A stretch of DNA of 64,000 nucleotides from Candidatus Latescibacterota bacterium (lineage in GTDB: Bacteria; Latescibacterota; UBA2968; UBA8231), in NCBI GenBank assembly GCA_963422735.1, contig OY730476.1:4832001-4896000 (forward strand), given 5' to 3'. This document shows, piece after piece, positions 30,473 to 39,167 of the stretch; the first letter of the stretch is position 1, and every line of letters starts with the position of its first letter. Under the pieces are notes generated by a model that saw only the letters and a program-made list of their open reading frames with translations, was not told where the DNA came from and made no database searches. The translations under genes and the position numbers were made by a program.

Positions 30473-31366
30473 ATGAAAAAGATCTTCACTACTGCCTTTG
30501 CCTCGTTGGGCCTTGTGGTTGCCGCCCAAGCTCACGAGCCGCCTGGCGAGCTGTTGGTCGCCGTGAACTTTCCCGATGCCAACGTGCCCGTCATCGATGG
30601 CAACGCCGGCGAGTGGGCTCCCGTGCCCCTCGACCAGTACGGGATTTTCAGCGAGTCTTTGTTCTCGATCCACGGCTTTGCCGGCGAGAACGTCGACCGC
30701 GGCGGGCTGGACGCCAGCTCAATGCAGATCCGCCACATCGTCGGCTGGAACGACGCGACCAACAACGTGTACATCACCAGTCGCGTCTTCGACAACATTC
30801 ACATTACTCAGCGCCAAGACCCGGGCAAATTCTTCTGGGATGACAGCGTCGAGTACGAGCTCAACGCTGCACACCAAGCCCGCGACGACCAGAATCCCGG
30901 CGACGATGCGACCGGCTTTAGCTACAAGTTCGCCTTCCCGGTTTTTCAGGAGACCTTTGAGTGGTATCGGCCGATCCTCAACCTGCCGTGGATGACCAGC
31001 GGCTCTCAGTATATCGAGATCGCCCATAGCTTCACAGGCGACGAGTTCGGCGAGAGCACGTACGACTACGAGGCCCGCATCCTGCCGATCGAGCGGATGC
31101 CGCGCTCGGATGAGGCCACCGAAGACCAGGTTGAGATCCACGACCTGGCCGAGGGCGAGGTCATTCACATCACGCTGACGGTCAACGACGTCGATGGCGG
31201 CGAAGGCGACGGCGACAACCGCATCGGCATGTGGAGTACCAACCCCATTTCGTGCTGCCACGCTGGCCAAGACTTGCTGCTAGCTCCGGCCGATCCCAAC
31301 ATCGACTGGGGCGCGGCCACGGCCGTCGAGGCGAGTAGCTGGGGCCGGATCAAGTCCCAGTTCTAG
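30473..31366 (+). CDS. Secreted acidic protein, CBM9/DOMON-like, WGRIK tail; copy B
   Basis: Same length (297 aa) and near-identical to copy A. Confidence 0.65.
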   Translation: MKKIFTTAFASLGLVVAAQAHEPPGELLVAVNFPDANVPVIDGNAGEWAPVPLDQYGIFSESLFSIHGFAGENVDRGGLDASSMQIRHIVGWNDATNNVYITSRVFDNIHITQRQDPGKFFWDDSVEYELNAAHQARDDQNPGDDATGFSYKFAFPVFQETFEWYRPILNLPWMTSGSQYIEIAHSFTGDEFGESTYDYEARILPIERMPRSDEATEDQVEIHDLAEGEVIHITLTVNDVDGGEGDGDNRIGMWSTNPISCCHAGQDLLLAPADPNIDWGAATAVEASSWGRIKSQF

Positions 31367-31395
31367 GCAGTTTTATCTCAATCGCAGTACCATTC

Positions 31396-31437
31396 CGGGC
31401 AGGTCCCGCCTAGGTGCGGGGCCTGCCCGAATATTTT
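31396..31437 (+). terminator. Hairpin, possible intrinsic terminator or processing stem
   Basis: CGGGCAGGTCCCGC-CTAGGT-GCGGGGCCTGCCCG followed by AATATTTT. Confidence 0.5.
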
Positions 31438-31447
31438 AGGAGGCTAT

Positions 31448-32314
31448 ATGCTCACCGAGGAACAGGTCGATTTCTACCGCGAGAATGGCTATCTCATCGT
31501 CGAGGATGTGTTGCATCCGGACGAGTTGGAGGAGGCACACGCGATTGTCGATGACTTCGTCGAGCAGTCGCGGCACGTCTCCGAGCAGAGCGGGCACTTC
31601 GACCTAGAGCCGGATCACACCCCGGAAAACCCCAAGGTGCGCCGCTTGAGTGCGCCGGCTAGTTATCACCCCTTCTTCGGCGGATTGATGCGCGACAGCC
31701 GCATTCTGGATAGGTTGACGCGACTGATCGGCAGTGCCATTCGCGCCCAAGGCGACAAGCTCAATATGAAACCTGCCGACGGCGGCAGCCCGGTCGAGTG
31801 GCACCAAGACTTTGCCCACTACCCACACACCAACGACGATTTGTGCGCCGTAGGCATTGCCCTAGACGACGCCACCCAAGAAAACGGCTGCATGATGGTA
31901 GTGCCCGGCTCGCACCGGGGACCGATCCTCGATCACCACCAAGATGACTACTTCATCGGGGCCATCAGCCCGGACCGTGACCATATTGACCTCTCGTCGG
32001 CCGTGCCCCTAGCGATGAAGGCTGGTTCCATCTCCATCCACCACGCCCGCACCTTGCACGGCTCGTCACTCAACCGCTCGGGTAGGTCCCGGCGGCTCTT
32101 GCTGTATCAGTACGCGGCCGTCGATGCTTGGCCCTTAGCAGGGGTGAGTAATTGGGATGCCTTTAACGCCAACATTCTGCGCGGCGCACCCACCTACGAT
32201 TTTCGCCTCGTGTCGCTGACGGCTCGCACTCGCCTACCAGCCGGACAGCGCAGCGGCGGCGGCATCTACGAACTGCAACAGCCGCTGCGCGAAAAACTAT
32301 TCGCCGCTAGCTAG
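31448..32314 (+). CDS. Phytanoyl-CoA dioxygenase (PhyH) family
   Basis: FYRENGYLIV, WHQD, ALDDATQENGCMMVVPGSH, HHARTLHGS. Confidence 0.92.
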   Translation: MLTEEQVDFYRENGYLIVEDVLHPDELEEAHAIVDDFVEQSRHVSEQSGHFDLEPDHTPENPKVRRLSAPASYHPFFGGLMRDSRILDRLTRLIGSAIRAQGDKLNMKPADGGSPVEWHQDFAHYPHTNDDLCAVGIALDDATQENGCMMVVPGSHRGPILDHHQDDYFIGAISPDRDHIDLSSAVPLAMKAGSISIHHARTLHGSSLNRSGRSRRLLLYQYAAVDAWPLAGVSNWDAFNANILRGAPTYDFRLVSLTARTRLPAGQRSGGGIYELQQPLREKLFAAS

Positions 32315-32322
32315 GGGCTGCA

Positions 32323-33609
32323 TTGCCCTTACTCCGCATCGGGATCATTGCCGCGCTGGCCGTTGGGGCACTCTGGGGCGTCCTCTCCATTCACTGGTAC
32401 CCGGCCGAAGAGGTGCTGACCATGTGGGTATATGGCTCGCCGCAAGAGGCCGAGCTGTACCGCAATGTCGCGGCCGAGTATCGCCAGCAGCACCCGGAAG
32501 TCCGCCTGCGTCTAGAGGTCGTGCCCGGCCGCAGCGTCGTGCAAAAGCTGCTGACGGGCATGGACGCTGGGCACGCCCCGGACATCTGCGTATTGCACTG
32601 GCGACAGATGCCCCAAGTAGCTAGCACCGGGCAGCTTTTGCCGCTCGACGACTTGGTGCGGCGCGACCAGATTGACACCGACGATTACTATCCGGTGGGC
32701 CTCCAGGGTTATACCTACCACGACGTGCTCTACGGCATTCCGGTCAAAGGCAGCACCATTACCTGCTTTTACAACAAGGACCTCTTCGACCGCTATGGGG
32801 TCAGCTATCCCACCGACGATTGGACGCTCGACGATCTCCTAGCCAAGGCCCAGGCCCTGACCATTGACGAAGACCAAGATGGCCTGCCGGACATCTATGG
32901 CTGCACCCCGTACGACATTGCCAGCTATGTGTGGAGCATGGGTGGGGACTTCTTGCGATGGGAAAACGGGCGCTACGTCTCTAACCTCGACGATCCGCGA
33001 GTAGCCCAAGCAGTGCAGTTCTACGTCGATCTCTATTTCAAGTACAAGGTCAGCCCGCCCCGGCCCGGGGTGCGCAACGACAACGCCATGAGCACCTTCA
33101 CCTTTGAGGCCGGCCGCATCGCCATCGGCATCATGGGGCCGTGGATGCTGCCGACTTTTCAGCTTTTGGATCGCTTCGAGTGGGACGCGGCGCTCTTTCC
33201 CAAGGGGCCGGCCGGCCGGCAGACGCGCTATGCCAGCGTTGGTTTTACAATCTGGAAGGGGACGCGCGAGCCAGAAGCGGCTTGGGATGTACTCAAGCAC
33301 ATGGTCTCGGCCAAGGCGACGACCAAGATGGCCAAGTTGGGCAGCGACCTGCCGCCGCAGCGCTCGGTGGCCCGCAGCACCTATCCACGGGCGGCAACGC
33401 CCTACGAAGAAGAGGTCTTCGTGCGCTCAATGGACTACAATGTCCGGCTCTTCCCCCAGGAACTGTGGTGGGAGGACCTCTACCGCCGGATGCTCGACGA
33501 ACTCGACGCAGCACTCACCGGCCGCGAGAGCGTCGCCGAAGCCCTCGCCGAAGCCCACCAAGTAACCAATGCCTATCTGCAGCGCATCTACGCCGAAGAA
33601 ATCCCCTAA
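32323..33609 (+). CDS. Carbohydrate ABC transporter substrate-binding protein
   Basis: APDI, LLPLDD, LYGIP, FYNKDLFD, WT.DDL, GPW. Confidence 0.88.
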   Translation: MPLLRIGIIAALAVGALWGVLSIHWYPAEEVLTMWVYGSPQEAELYRNVAAEYRQQHPEVRLRLEVVPGRSVVQKLLTGMDAGHAPDICVLHWRQMPQVASTGQLLPLDDLVRRDQIDTDDYYPVGLQGYTYHDVLYGIPVKGSTITCFYNKDLFDRYGVSYPTDDWTLDDLLAKAQALTIDEDQDGLPDIYGCTPYDIASYVWSMGGDFLRWENGRYVSNLDDPRVAQAVQFYVDLYFKYKVSPPRPGVRNDNAMSTFTFEAGRIAIGIMGPWMLPTFQLLDRFEWDAALFPKGPAGRQTRYASVGFTIWKGTREPEAAWDVLKHMVSAKATTKMAKLGSDLPPQRSVARSTYPRAATPYEEEVFVRSMDYNVRLFPQELWWEDLYRRMLDELDAALTGRESVAEALAEAHQVTNAYLQRIYAEEIP

Positions 33610-34553
33610 TGAAGAACCAAAACAAAGCAGCCTTCTTCTTTCTGCTGCCCAATTTCGTCGGCTTTCTCATTTTTGCGCTTGGTCCGGTCGTAGTGGCTGC
33701 GGGCATGGGCTTCTATCGCTATCAGCTCGCCTCGGGCGCACCCGTCTTCATCGGGCTAGATAACTTTGCGGATATGGTGCTCTTCAAAAAGGTCAACGGC
33801 GCATGGGTGGCGCGCGACCCATACTTTTGGAAGTACCTCGGCAACACGCTCTTTTTGATGCTCAATATCCCGCTCTCCATGGTCGGCTCCCTGCTCTTGG
33901 CCGTGCTGTTAAACAAAGAACTGCCCGGCCGCATCTTCTTTCGCACCCTATTCTTTATTCCACACCTGTGTACTGGCATCGCCATTTATATGGTCTGGAA
34001 GATGCTCCTGACCTACGAGCCAAACGTCGGCATCATAAACGGACTTTTGTGGCAGGTCTTTGGGGTGTTGGGGATTGCGCCCGAGCGAGCCGCCGCGCTC
34101 CTGCCGGGGTGGCTAATCGACGCGACTTGGGCCAAGCCGGCGTTGATCATCATGTTTATCTGGGCCAGCGTCGGCGGCTACAACATGGTTCTCTACTTGG
34201 CCGGCTTGCAAAACATCCCGCTCGAACTCTACGAGGCCGCTGAAATGGACGGAGCTGGCTGGTGGTCGCAGCTTTTGCACATCACCGTGCCCCAGCTAGC
34301 GCCGACGACGTTTTTCATCCTCGTCACCAGCGTAATCGGCGGCCTGCAAGGCGGCTTTGAAGCCGCTTATGTAATGACCGGAGGCGGCCCCGAGGGATCG
34401 ACGACCACCATGAGCTATTACATCTACACCCAAGCTTACGAGCAGCTAGAAGTAGGGTACGCAGCGGCGATTTCAATGGTGCTCTTCGCGCTGATTTTTG
34501 CGGCGACTTTGCTCAACTGGCGCTACGGCGGCAAGCGGCTGGAGGCCGTCTAA
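33609..34553 (+). CDS. Carbohydrate ABC transporter permease
   Basis: Starts MKNQNKAAFFFLLP; LAGLQNIPLELYEAAEMDGA (EAA loop). Confidence 0.9.
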   Translation: MKNQNKAAFFFLLPNFVGFLIFALGPVVVAAGMGFYRYQLASGAPVFIGLDNFADMVLFKKVNGAWVARDPYFWKYLGNTLFLMLNIPLSMVGSLLLAVLLNKELPGRIFFRTLFFIPHLCTGIAIYMVWKMLLTYEPNVGIINGLLWQVFGVLGIAPERAAALLPGWLIDATWAKPALIIMFIWASVGGYNMVLYLAGLQNIPLELYEAAEMDGAGWWSQLLHITVPQLAPTTFFILVTSVIGGLQGGFEAAYVMTGGGPEGSTTTMSYYIYTQAYEQLEVGYAAAISMVLFALIFAATLLNWRYGGKRLEAV

Positions 34554-35455
34554 TGGCGCGCTGGCGTCAGTACCAATCAACCGCCTTAATCTATGCGATC
34601 TTGCTACTCGTGCTCAGCGGCATGGTGGTGCCGCTGGTGTGGACTTTGCTCACTTCCTTCAAGTACAACGTCGATGTGACGCTCGGGTGGATTCCGCCGC
34701 GCTGGACAACGGACAATTACGCCGGCGTATTTCGCGCCTTTTCCTTCCTCCGCTACTACGCCAACTCGCTGCTCATCGCCACCACAGTTACTGCGGTCCA
34801 AGTTGCCACTAGCGCGCTGGCGGCTTACGCCTTTGCCCGATTGCAGTTCCGGGGCCGCGATGTGCTCTTTCTCGGCTATCTATCGACTATGATGATTCCG
34901 GCCGACGTGCTGATGATCCCGCAATTCGTGTTGATGAAGAAGATTCCCGAATGGCTAAACGTGGTGTTATCAACGGATTTTTTTAGCGGTTTCCTCTACT
35001 TAGGGAGGCACTACATCGGCCATCCAGTGGGGTTAGACAGTTTTTTCGCACTCATCGCGCCAGGATGTTTTAGCGCGTATGGGACGTTCATGCTGCGGCA
35101 GTTTTTGCTGAGTATTTCGCGCGAGATCGAGGAAGCAGCGCTCATCGACGGATGTTCGGCGTGGGGCGTGTTTTGGCACGTGGTGGTGCCGCTGGCCAAG
35201 CCGGCGTTGGGGGCCTTGGCGATTTTTACCTTTCTCGGGCGTTGGCGGGCCTTTCTCTGGCCGCTGATTATGACGGATTCGGATTCGATAATGGTACTGC
35301 CGGTGGGATTGGCCAAGCTGTCGGACCTGTACGTCAACGACTACGGGCTGATTTGCGCGGGGTCGGTGTTGATGCTTTTGCCGATGATCGCGGTATTCGT
35401 CTTTTTTCAGCGGTGGTTTATCAGCGGGATTCAGCTAGGGGCGGTGAAGGGATAA
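34553..35455 (+). CDS. Carbohydrate ABC transporter permease
   Basis: EIEEAALIDGCS, FQRWFISGIQLGAVKG. Confidence 0.9.
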   Translation: MARWRQYQSTALIYAILLLVLSGMVVPLVWTLLTSFKYNVDVTLGWIPPRWTTDNYAGVFRAFSFLRYYANSLLIATTVTAVQVATSALAAYAFARLQFRGRDVLFLGYLSTMMIPADVLMIPQFVLMKKIPEWLNVVLSTDFFSGFLYLGRHYIGHPVGLDSFFALIAPGCFSAYGTFMLRQFLLSISREIEEAALIDGCSAWGVFWHVVVPLAKPALGALAIFTFLGRWRAFLWPLIMTDSDSIMVLPVGLAKLSDLYVNDYGLICAGSVLMLLPMIAVFVFFQRWFISGIQLGAVKG

Positions 35456-35494
35456 GCAATCCCAGTTGCCGCCTTATGTCGTACGCACGGGATA

Positions 35495-35715
35495 GGTTTG
35501 GCTCGGTCCTACGGGATGATTTTGATCCGGTTCGCAGCGACGTGGATGTGCTAGTAGAATTTCTACTTGGCCGTACCCCGGGCTGGGAATTTTTTATATG
35601 GCATGAAGAGTTAGAGGCCATCTTGGGACACAAGGTCGATCTGTTTTTAGGACTGAATCGGTGGCTAGAACCCCTTGTCCGTCAGGAGATGCTGCCGCTC
35701 TATGAGCAAGCGTGA
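35495..35715 (+). pseudogene. MNT (minimal nucleotidyltransferase) antitoxin, 5'-truncated
   Basis: FGSVLRDDF...SDVDVLVEF...LGHKVDL. Confidence 0.75.
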
Positions 35716-36105
35716 TTATCGGGTTACGCTGCGGCAAATAGAGGAATATGCCGGTCGGGCACAGGAGATTGGTGCGGGCAAAACCCTGGATGAACTGGTG
35801 GGCGAGAACGGCTCTGGCAAGACGACTTTTGTAAAGCTGCTGACCCGGCTCTAGCCCTCGATGCCCACGCCAAATACGACATTTTTCAGCGCTTCCTCGA
35901 ACTAACCGCCGGCAAGACCACCATCCTCATATCGCACCGCTTTTCGACCGTCCGCATGGCGGATACGATCTACGTGTTTCAGCAGGGGCGAATCGTCGAG
36001 CGCGGCAGCCACCGAGCGTTGATGGCCCAAGACGGACTCTACGCCGAACTGTTCAATATGCGGGCCGAAGGCTTTTTGCTGGATAGCCAACGGGCTGCCG
36101 GGTGA
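35702..36105 (+). pseudogene. Chimeric remnant: HEPN/DUF86 toxin N-terminus fused to two fragments of an ABC exporter ATPase
   Basis: MSKRDYRVTLRQIEEYAGRAQE...ELV joined to GENGSGKTTFVKLLTRL, then in another frame ALDAHA...KTTILISHRFSTVRMAD...GLYAELF. Confidence 0.7.
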
Positions 36106-36497
36106 GAAACATCGAAGTGCTAGACGAGATTTGTTGTATGCCAGTAGCCCTCGGTACCTGAATCTCGATCCCCCAAGACAGAGTGGAGAATCTAGTCGTC
36201 TCTACAAAGAGACCTAGATTGCGAAGGTAGCCGACGGACGCATCGATGTGCCAAAAAAAATCTTCTTCGATGGCGGCTACTGTAGAGTCGTCGCCAAGGG
36301 AAGGGTAGTGTCAATCAAAAATCTCTCTTCCTATGCGCTTTCCAACGTCATACGTGGCAGCATCCTGTAGAGATCTACGTGGCTACTTCTCATCTCCATC
36401 ATCCTTCTCACAGCGTCTTCGAGTAACACTCAAAAACGACCCTCCTGACAGGGCGGACACTGTCAATACTCCTCACATTGGGTCGTTGAGCTCAACC

Positions 36498-37325
36498 CTA
36501 GTTGGGAACGGGAAGGATGTCTCGTTCAACTTCCCGAACTTTACCGGGAAAAGTCCGTCCTCGTACCCACATGATTGGCTGGCCTCTGCCAGCTTTTTCT
36601 CGATCAGACCATTCGGCTTGCGCGCTTAAGTAATGCGATACATAGCTGCGTCTAAATCGCTGGCTATGGTTATTGGTGCTTCTGTGCAACAGGTGAGAGT
36701 GAAACCAGATGACCGCACCGGGTGAGACTTCCACGGCAATGCCGTCCTCATCGCGGGCATTGCGGGCTAGTTTGAATTCCTTTTGCTGTGACCCCTCAAT
36801 GTCGTCGTGCTCGGAAATGGCCTGTTTGTGGCTGCCGGGGACCACGTATAGGCACCCGTTTTCGCAGTCTGCGGGATCAATTGCCGTCCAAGTGCCGACG
36901 GTAGTGGCGGTTTTGAACCGTTTGCCAAAGTAAAACTTGTCTTGGTGCCAAGGAAATCCCAATCCAATTTCGGGTGCTTTCCAAATGAAGAGGTTGTTGA
37001 TGCCCAGAATGTCTGGGCCAAGAATATCAAGAAGCGGATCTGTCAGGCGCGGATCCCGCACGCGGGCGAGGAACTCCGGGATGTAGCAACTGGGGTGATG
37101 AATCTTGTGCATACCATAGATACTAGGTCGCACGTTTTTGCCGTCCCGGACCAGGGCATTGCGGTCGATGTGGGCCATTGGCATTTTTCGCTTTCCCGCG
37201 ACAATGTCTTCGGCCACTTGCCGCAGATGATCGTTTTCCTCGTGTGAAAAGACGCTTTCGCGCACAAAATATCCATCGCGTTCCCAACGCTGGATTTCGT
37301 CGGGGATCATGCGGAAGGCATTCAT
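36498..37325 (-). CDS. Phytanoyl-CoA dioxygenase (PhyH) family
   Basis: WERDGYFV, WHQD, ENGCLYVVPGSH, FHSHLLHRS. Confidence 0.92.
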   Translation of the reverse strand: MNAFRMIPDEIQRWERDGYFVRESVFSHEENDHLRQVAEDIVAGKRKMPMAHIDRNALVRDGKNVRPSIYGMHKIHHPSCYIPEFLARVRDPRLTDPLLDILGPDILGINNLFIWKAPEIGLGFPWHQDKFYFGKRFKTATTVGTWTAIDPADCENGCLYVVPGSHKQAISEHDDIEGSQQKEFKLARNARDEDGIAVEVSPGAVIWFHSHLLHRSTNNHSQRFRRSYVSHYLSAQAEWSDREKAGRGQPIMWVRGRTFPGKVREVERDILPVPN

Positions 37326-37351
37326 TGGGTGAATCTCCTAATAGTCTTGCT

Positions 37352-37380
37352 TTGACAGAGCTTGTAAACATGTATAGTCT
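37352..37380 (+). promoter_or_regulatory. Putative sigma-70 promoter
   Basis: TTGACA-17bp-TAGTCT in an AT-rich divergent intergenic region. Confidence 0.45.
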
Positions 37381-37412
37381 AAATAGGATATTAGCAGTCC
37401 ACCAAACAGCGC

Positions 37413-39167
37413 ATGAAGCGCATGAGCCTCAGTCCCTTCAAACCGTTCGCCTCTTACCTCCGCCCCTACCGCTGGGCCTTGATCGTCGGCTTGGCTTTTT
37501 TGTTGGGGGAACAGCTCGTTTCCGTCTCTATCCCCCTCCTCCTCGAACGCGCCATTAACCAAGCCCGAACCAGTCTAGATCAAGCCGCACCGGATCTGAC
37601 CTTTCTAACGTACTACGCCGCCCTTATCGTCGGCTTGGGCTTAGCGCAGTGGAGCATGGCCTTTGGTATGCGCTGGCACTTGGCCGCCACCTCGTACCGC
37701 GTCGAGCGCGACATCCGCCAGCGCTATTTCGCCCACCTGCTCACCTTGCCGTTGGGCTATTTCCAACAAGCCCGCACCGGCGATTTGATGGCCCGGGCGA
37801 CCAACGACGTCGAGGCCGTGCAGCGCTACCTCAGCCACGGCTTCCGCATGTTCCTAAGTGCCCTGTTCGGCTTCAGCTTCAGCATGGTAGCCATGTGTCT
37901 GTACGACTGGGAACTGACCCTCTACGCGCTGCTGCCCATGCCCATTATGACCGTGATCCTGCGCTTGGTGGGAGGCAAAGTGCGCGAGCGCTATCGCTTG
38001 GTCCAAGAACAGTTTGCCGCCATTAGCACCTGCTTGCAGGAAAACCTCTCGGGCGTGCGCGTGGTCAAGGCATTTGCCCGTCGCCTCGGAGAGATCGACC
38101 GCTTCACCCGACTCAATGATGAGTACGTCGAGCGCAATCGCCGCCTGATCTACATCTACAGCACGTTTTTCCCCTTCACCTTCCTCATCAGCGGCCTGTC
38201 CATGGTGTTTATTCTGTGGCTGGGTGGCATCCGCGTCGTCGAAGGGACGCTCACCTTGGGGGCCTTTGTCGCCTTCAACGCCTACTTGATCCGCATAAGC
38301 CGCCCAATGATGATGATGGGCCGCATCGTCGATGAATACCAACGCTCCATGGCTTCCATACTGCGCATTGAGTCCGTACTCAAAGAAAAGCCCCAAGCCG
38401 ACCAGCACTCAGACGACGACTTAGCAATCAAAGGCGAAATCGAATTCCGCCGCGCCTCCTTTGCGTACAACGGTCAAGTCGTGCTGCGCGATCTAGATGT
38501 CCACATTCCGGCCGGCAGCACCCTCGCTATCGTTGGCCGGGTCGGCTCGGGCAAGAGCACGCTGGCCCGGCTCATCCCCCGCCTCATCCAGGCCGGCGAG
38601 GGCCAAATCCTCATTGACGGCAAACCGATTGAACAAATGCCACTGCGCGCCTTCCGCGACGCCATCGGCTATGTGCCGCAGGACACCTTCCTCTTTTCCG
38701 AAAGCATCCGCGACAACATCGCCCTCGACTTGGCCGCCCCGGACGAGGTCGAACGCGCCATCGAGGTGGCCCAACTAGCCGCGGACCTCAAGACCTTTCC
38801 CCAAGGGTTGGAAACCATAGTCGGCGAGCGCGGCGTCACCTTGTCGGGCGGGCAGAAGCAGCGCGCGGCTTTGGCCCGCTCGGTTGTGCGACAACCAAAA
38901 ATCCTCATCCTCGACGACGCCTTGGCCAGCGTCGATACCCGCACCGAAGAGCAAATCCTCAAGCGTCTGCGCGACATCATGGCCGATCGCACTACCATCC
39001 TCATCGCCCATCGCCTCTCCACCGTTATGGCCGCGGATCACATCATTGTGCTCGACGAAGGGCACATTGTCGAAGAGGGCACCCACGACCAATTGCTCGC
39101 AGGCGATGGCCTGTACGCCGAGATGTACCGCCGCCAGCACCTGACCGAGGAATTGAGCGGTCTCTAA
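37413..39167 (+). CDS. Heterodimeric ABC exporter subunit (MdlA/YheI-like)
   Basis: TM domain, GRVGSGKS, LSGGQKQR, degenerate Walker B ILDD. Confidence 0.9.
   Translation: MKRMSLSPFKPFASYLRPYRWALIVGLAFLLGEQLVSVSIPLLLERAINQARTSLDQAAPDLTFLTYYAALIVGLGLAQWSMAFGMRWHLAATSYRVERDIRQRYFAHLLTLPLGYFQQARTGDLMARATNDVEAVQRYLSHGFRMFLSALFGFSFSMVAMCLYDWELTLYALLPMPIMTVILRLVGGKVRERYRLVQEQFAAISTCLQENLSGVRVVKAFARRLGEIDRFTRLNDEYVERNRRLIYIYSTFFPFTFLISGLSMVFILWLGGIRVVEGTLTLGAFVAFNAYLIRISRPMMMMGRIVDEYQRSMASILRIESVLKEKPQADQHSDDDLAIKGEIEFRRASFAYNGQVVLRDLDVHIPAGSTLAIVGRVGSGKSTLARLIPRLIQAGEGQILIDGKPIEQMPLRAFRDAIGYVPQDTFLFSESIRDNIALDLAAPDEVERAIEVAQLAADLKTFPQGLETIVGERGVTLSGGQKQRAALARSVVRQPKILILDDALASVDTRTEEQILKRLRDIMADRTTILIAHRLSTVMAADHIIVLDEGHIVEEGTHDQLLAGDGLYAEMYRRQHLTEELSGL

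Noticed and set aside
33141-33608. N-terminal extension of the sugar permease (470-aa ORF)
   Set aside because: It overlaps the SBP gene; the real start is the ATG at 33609, coupled to the SBP stop.
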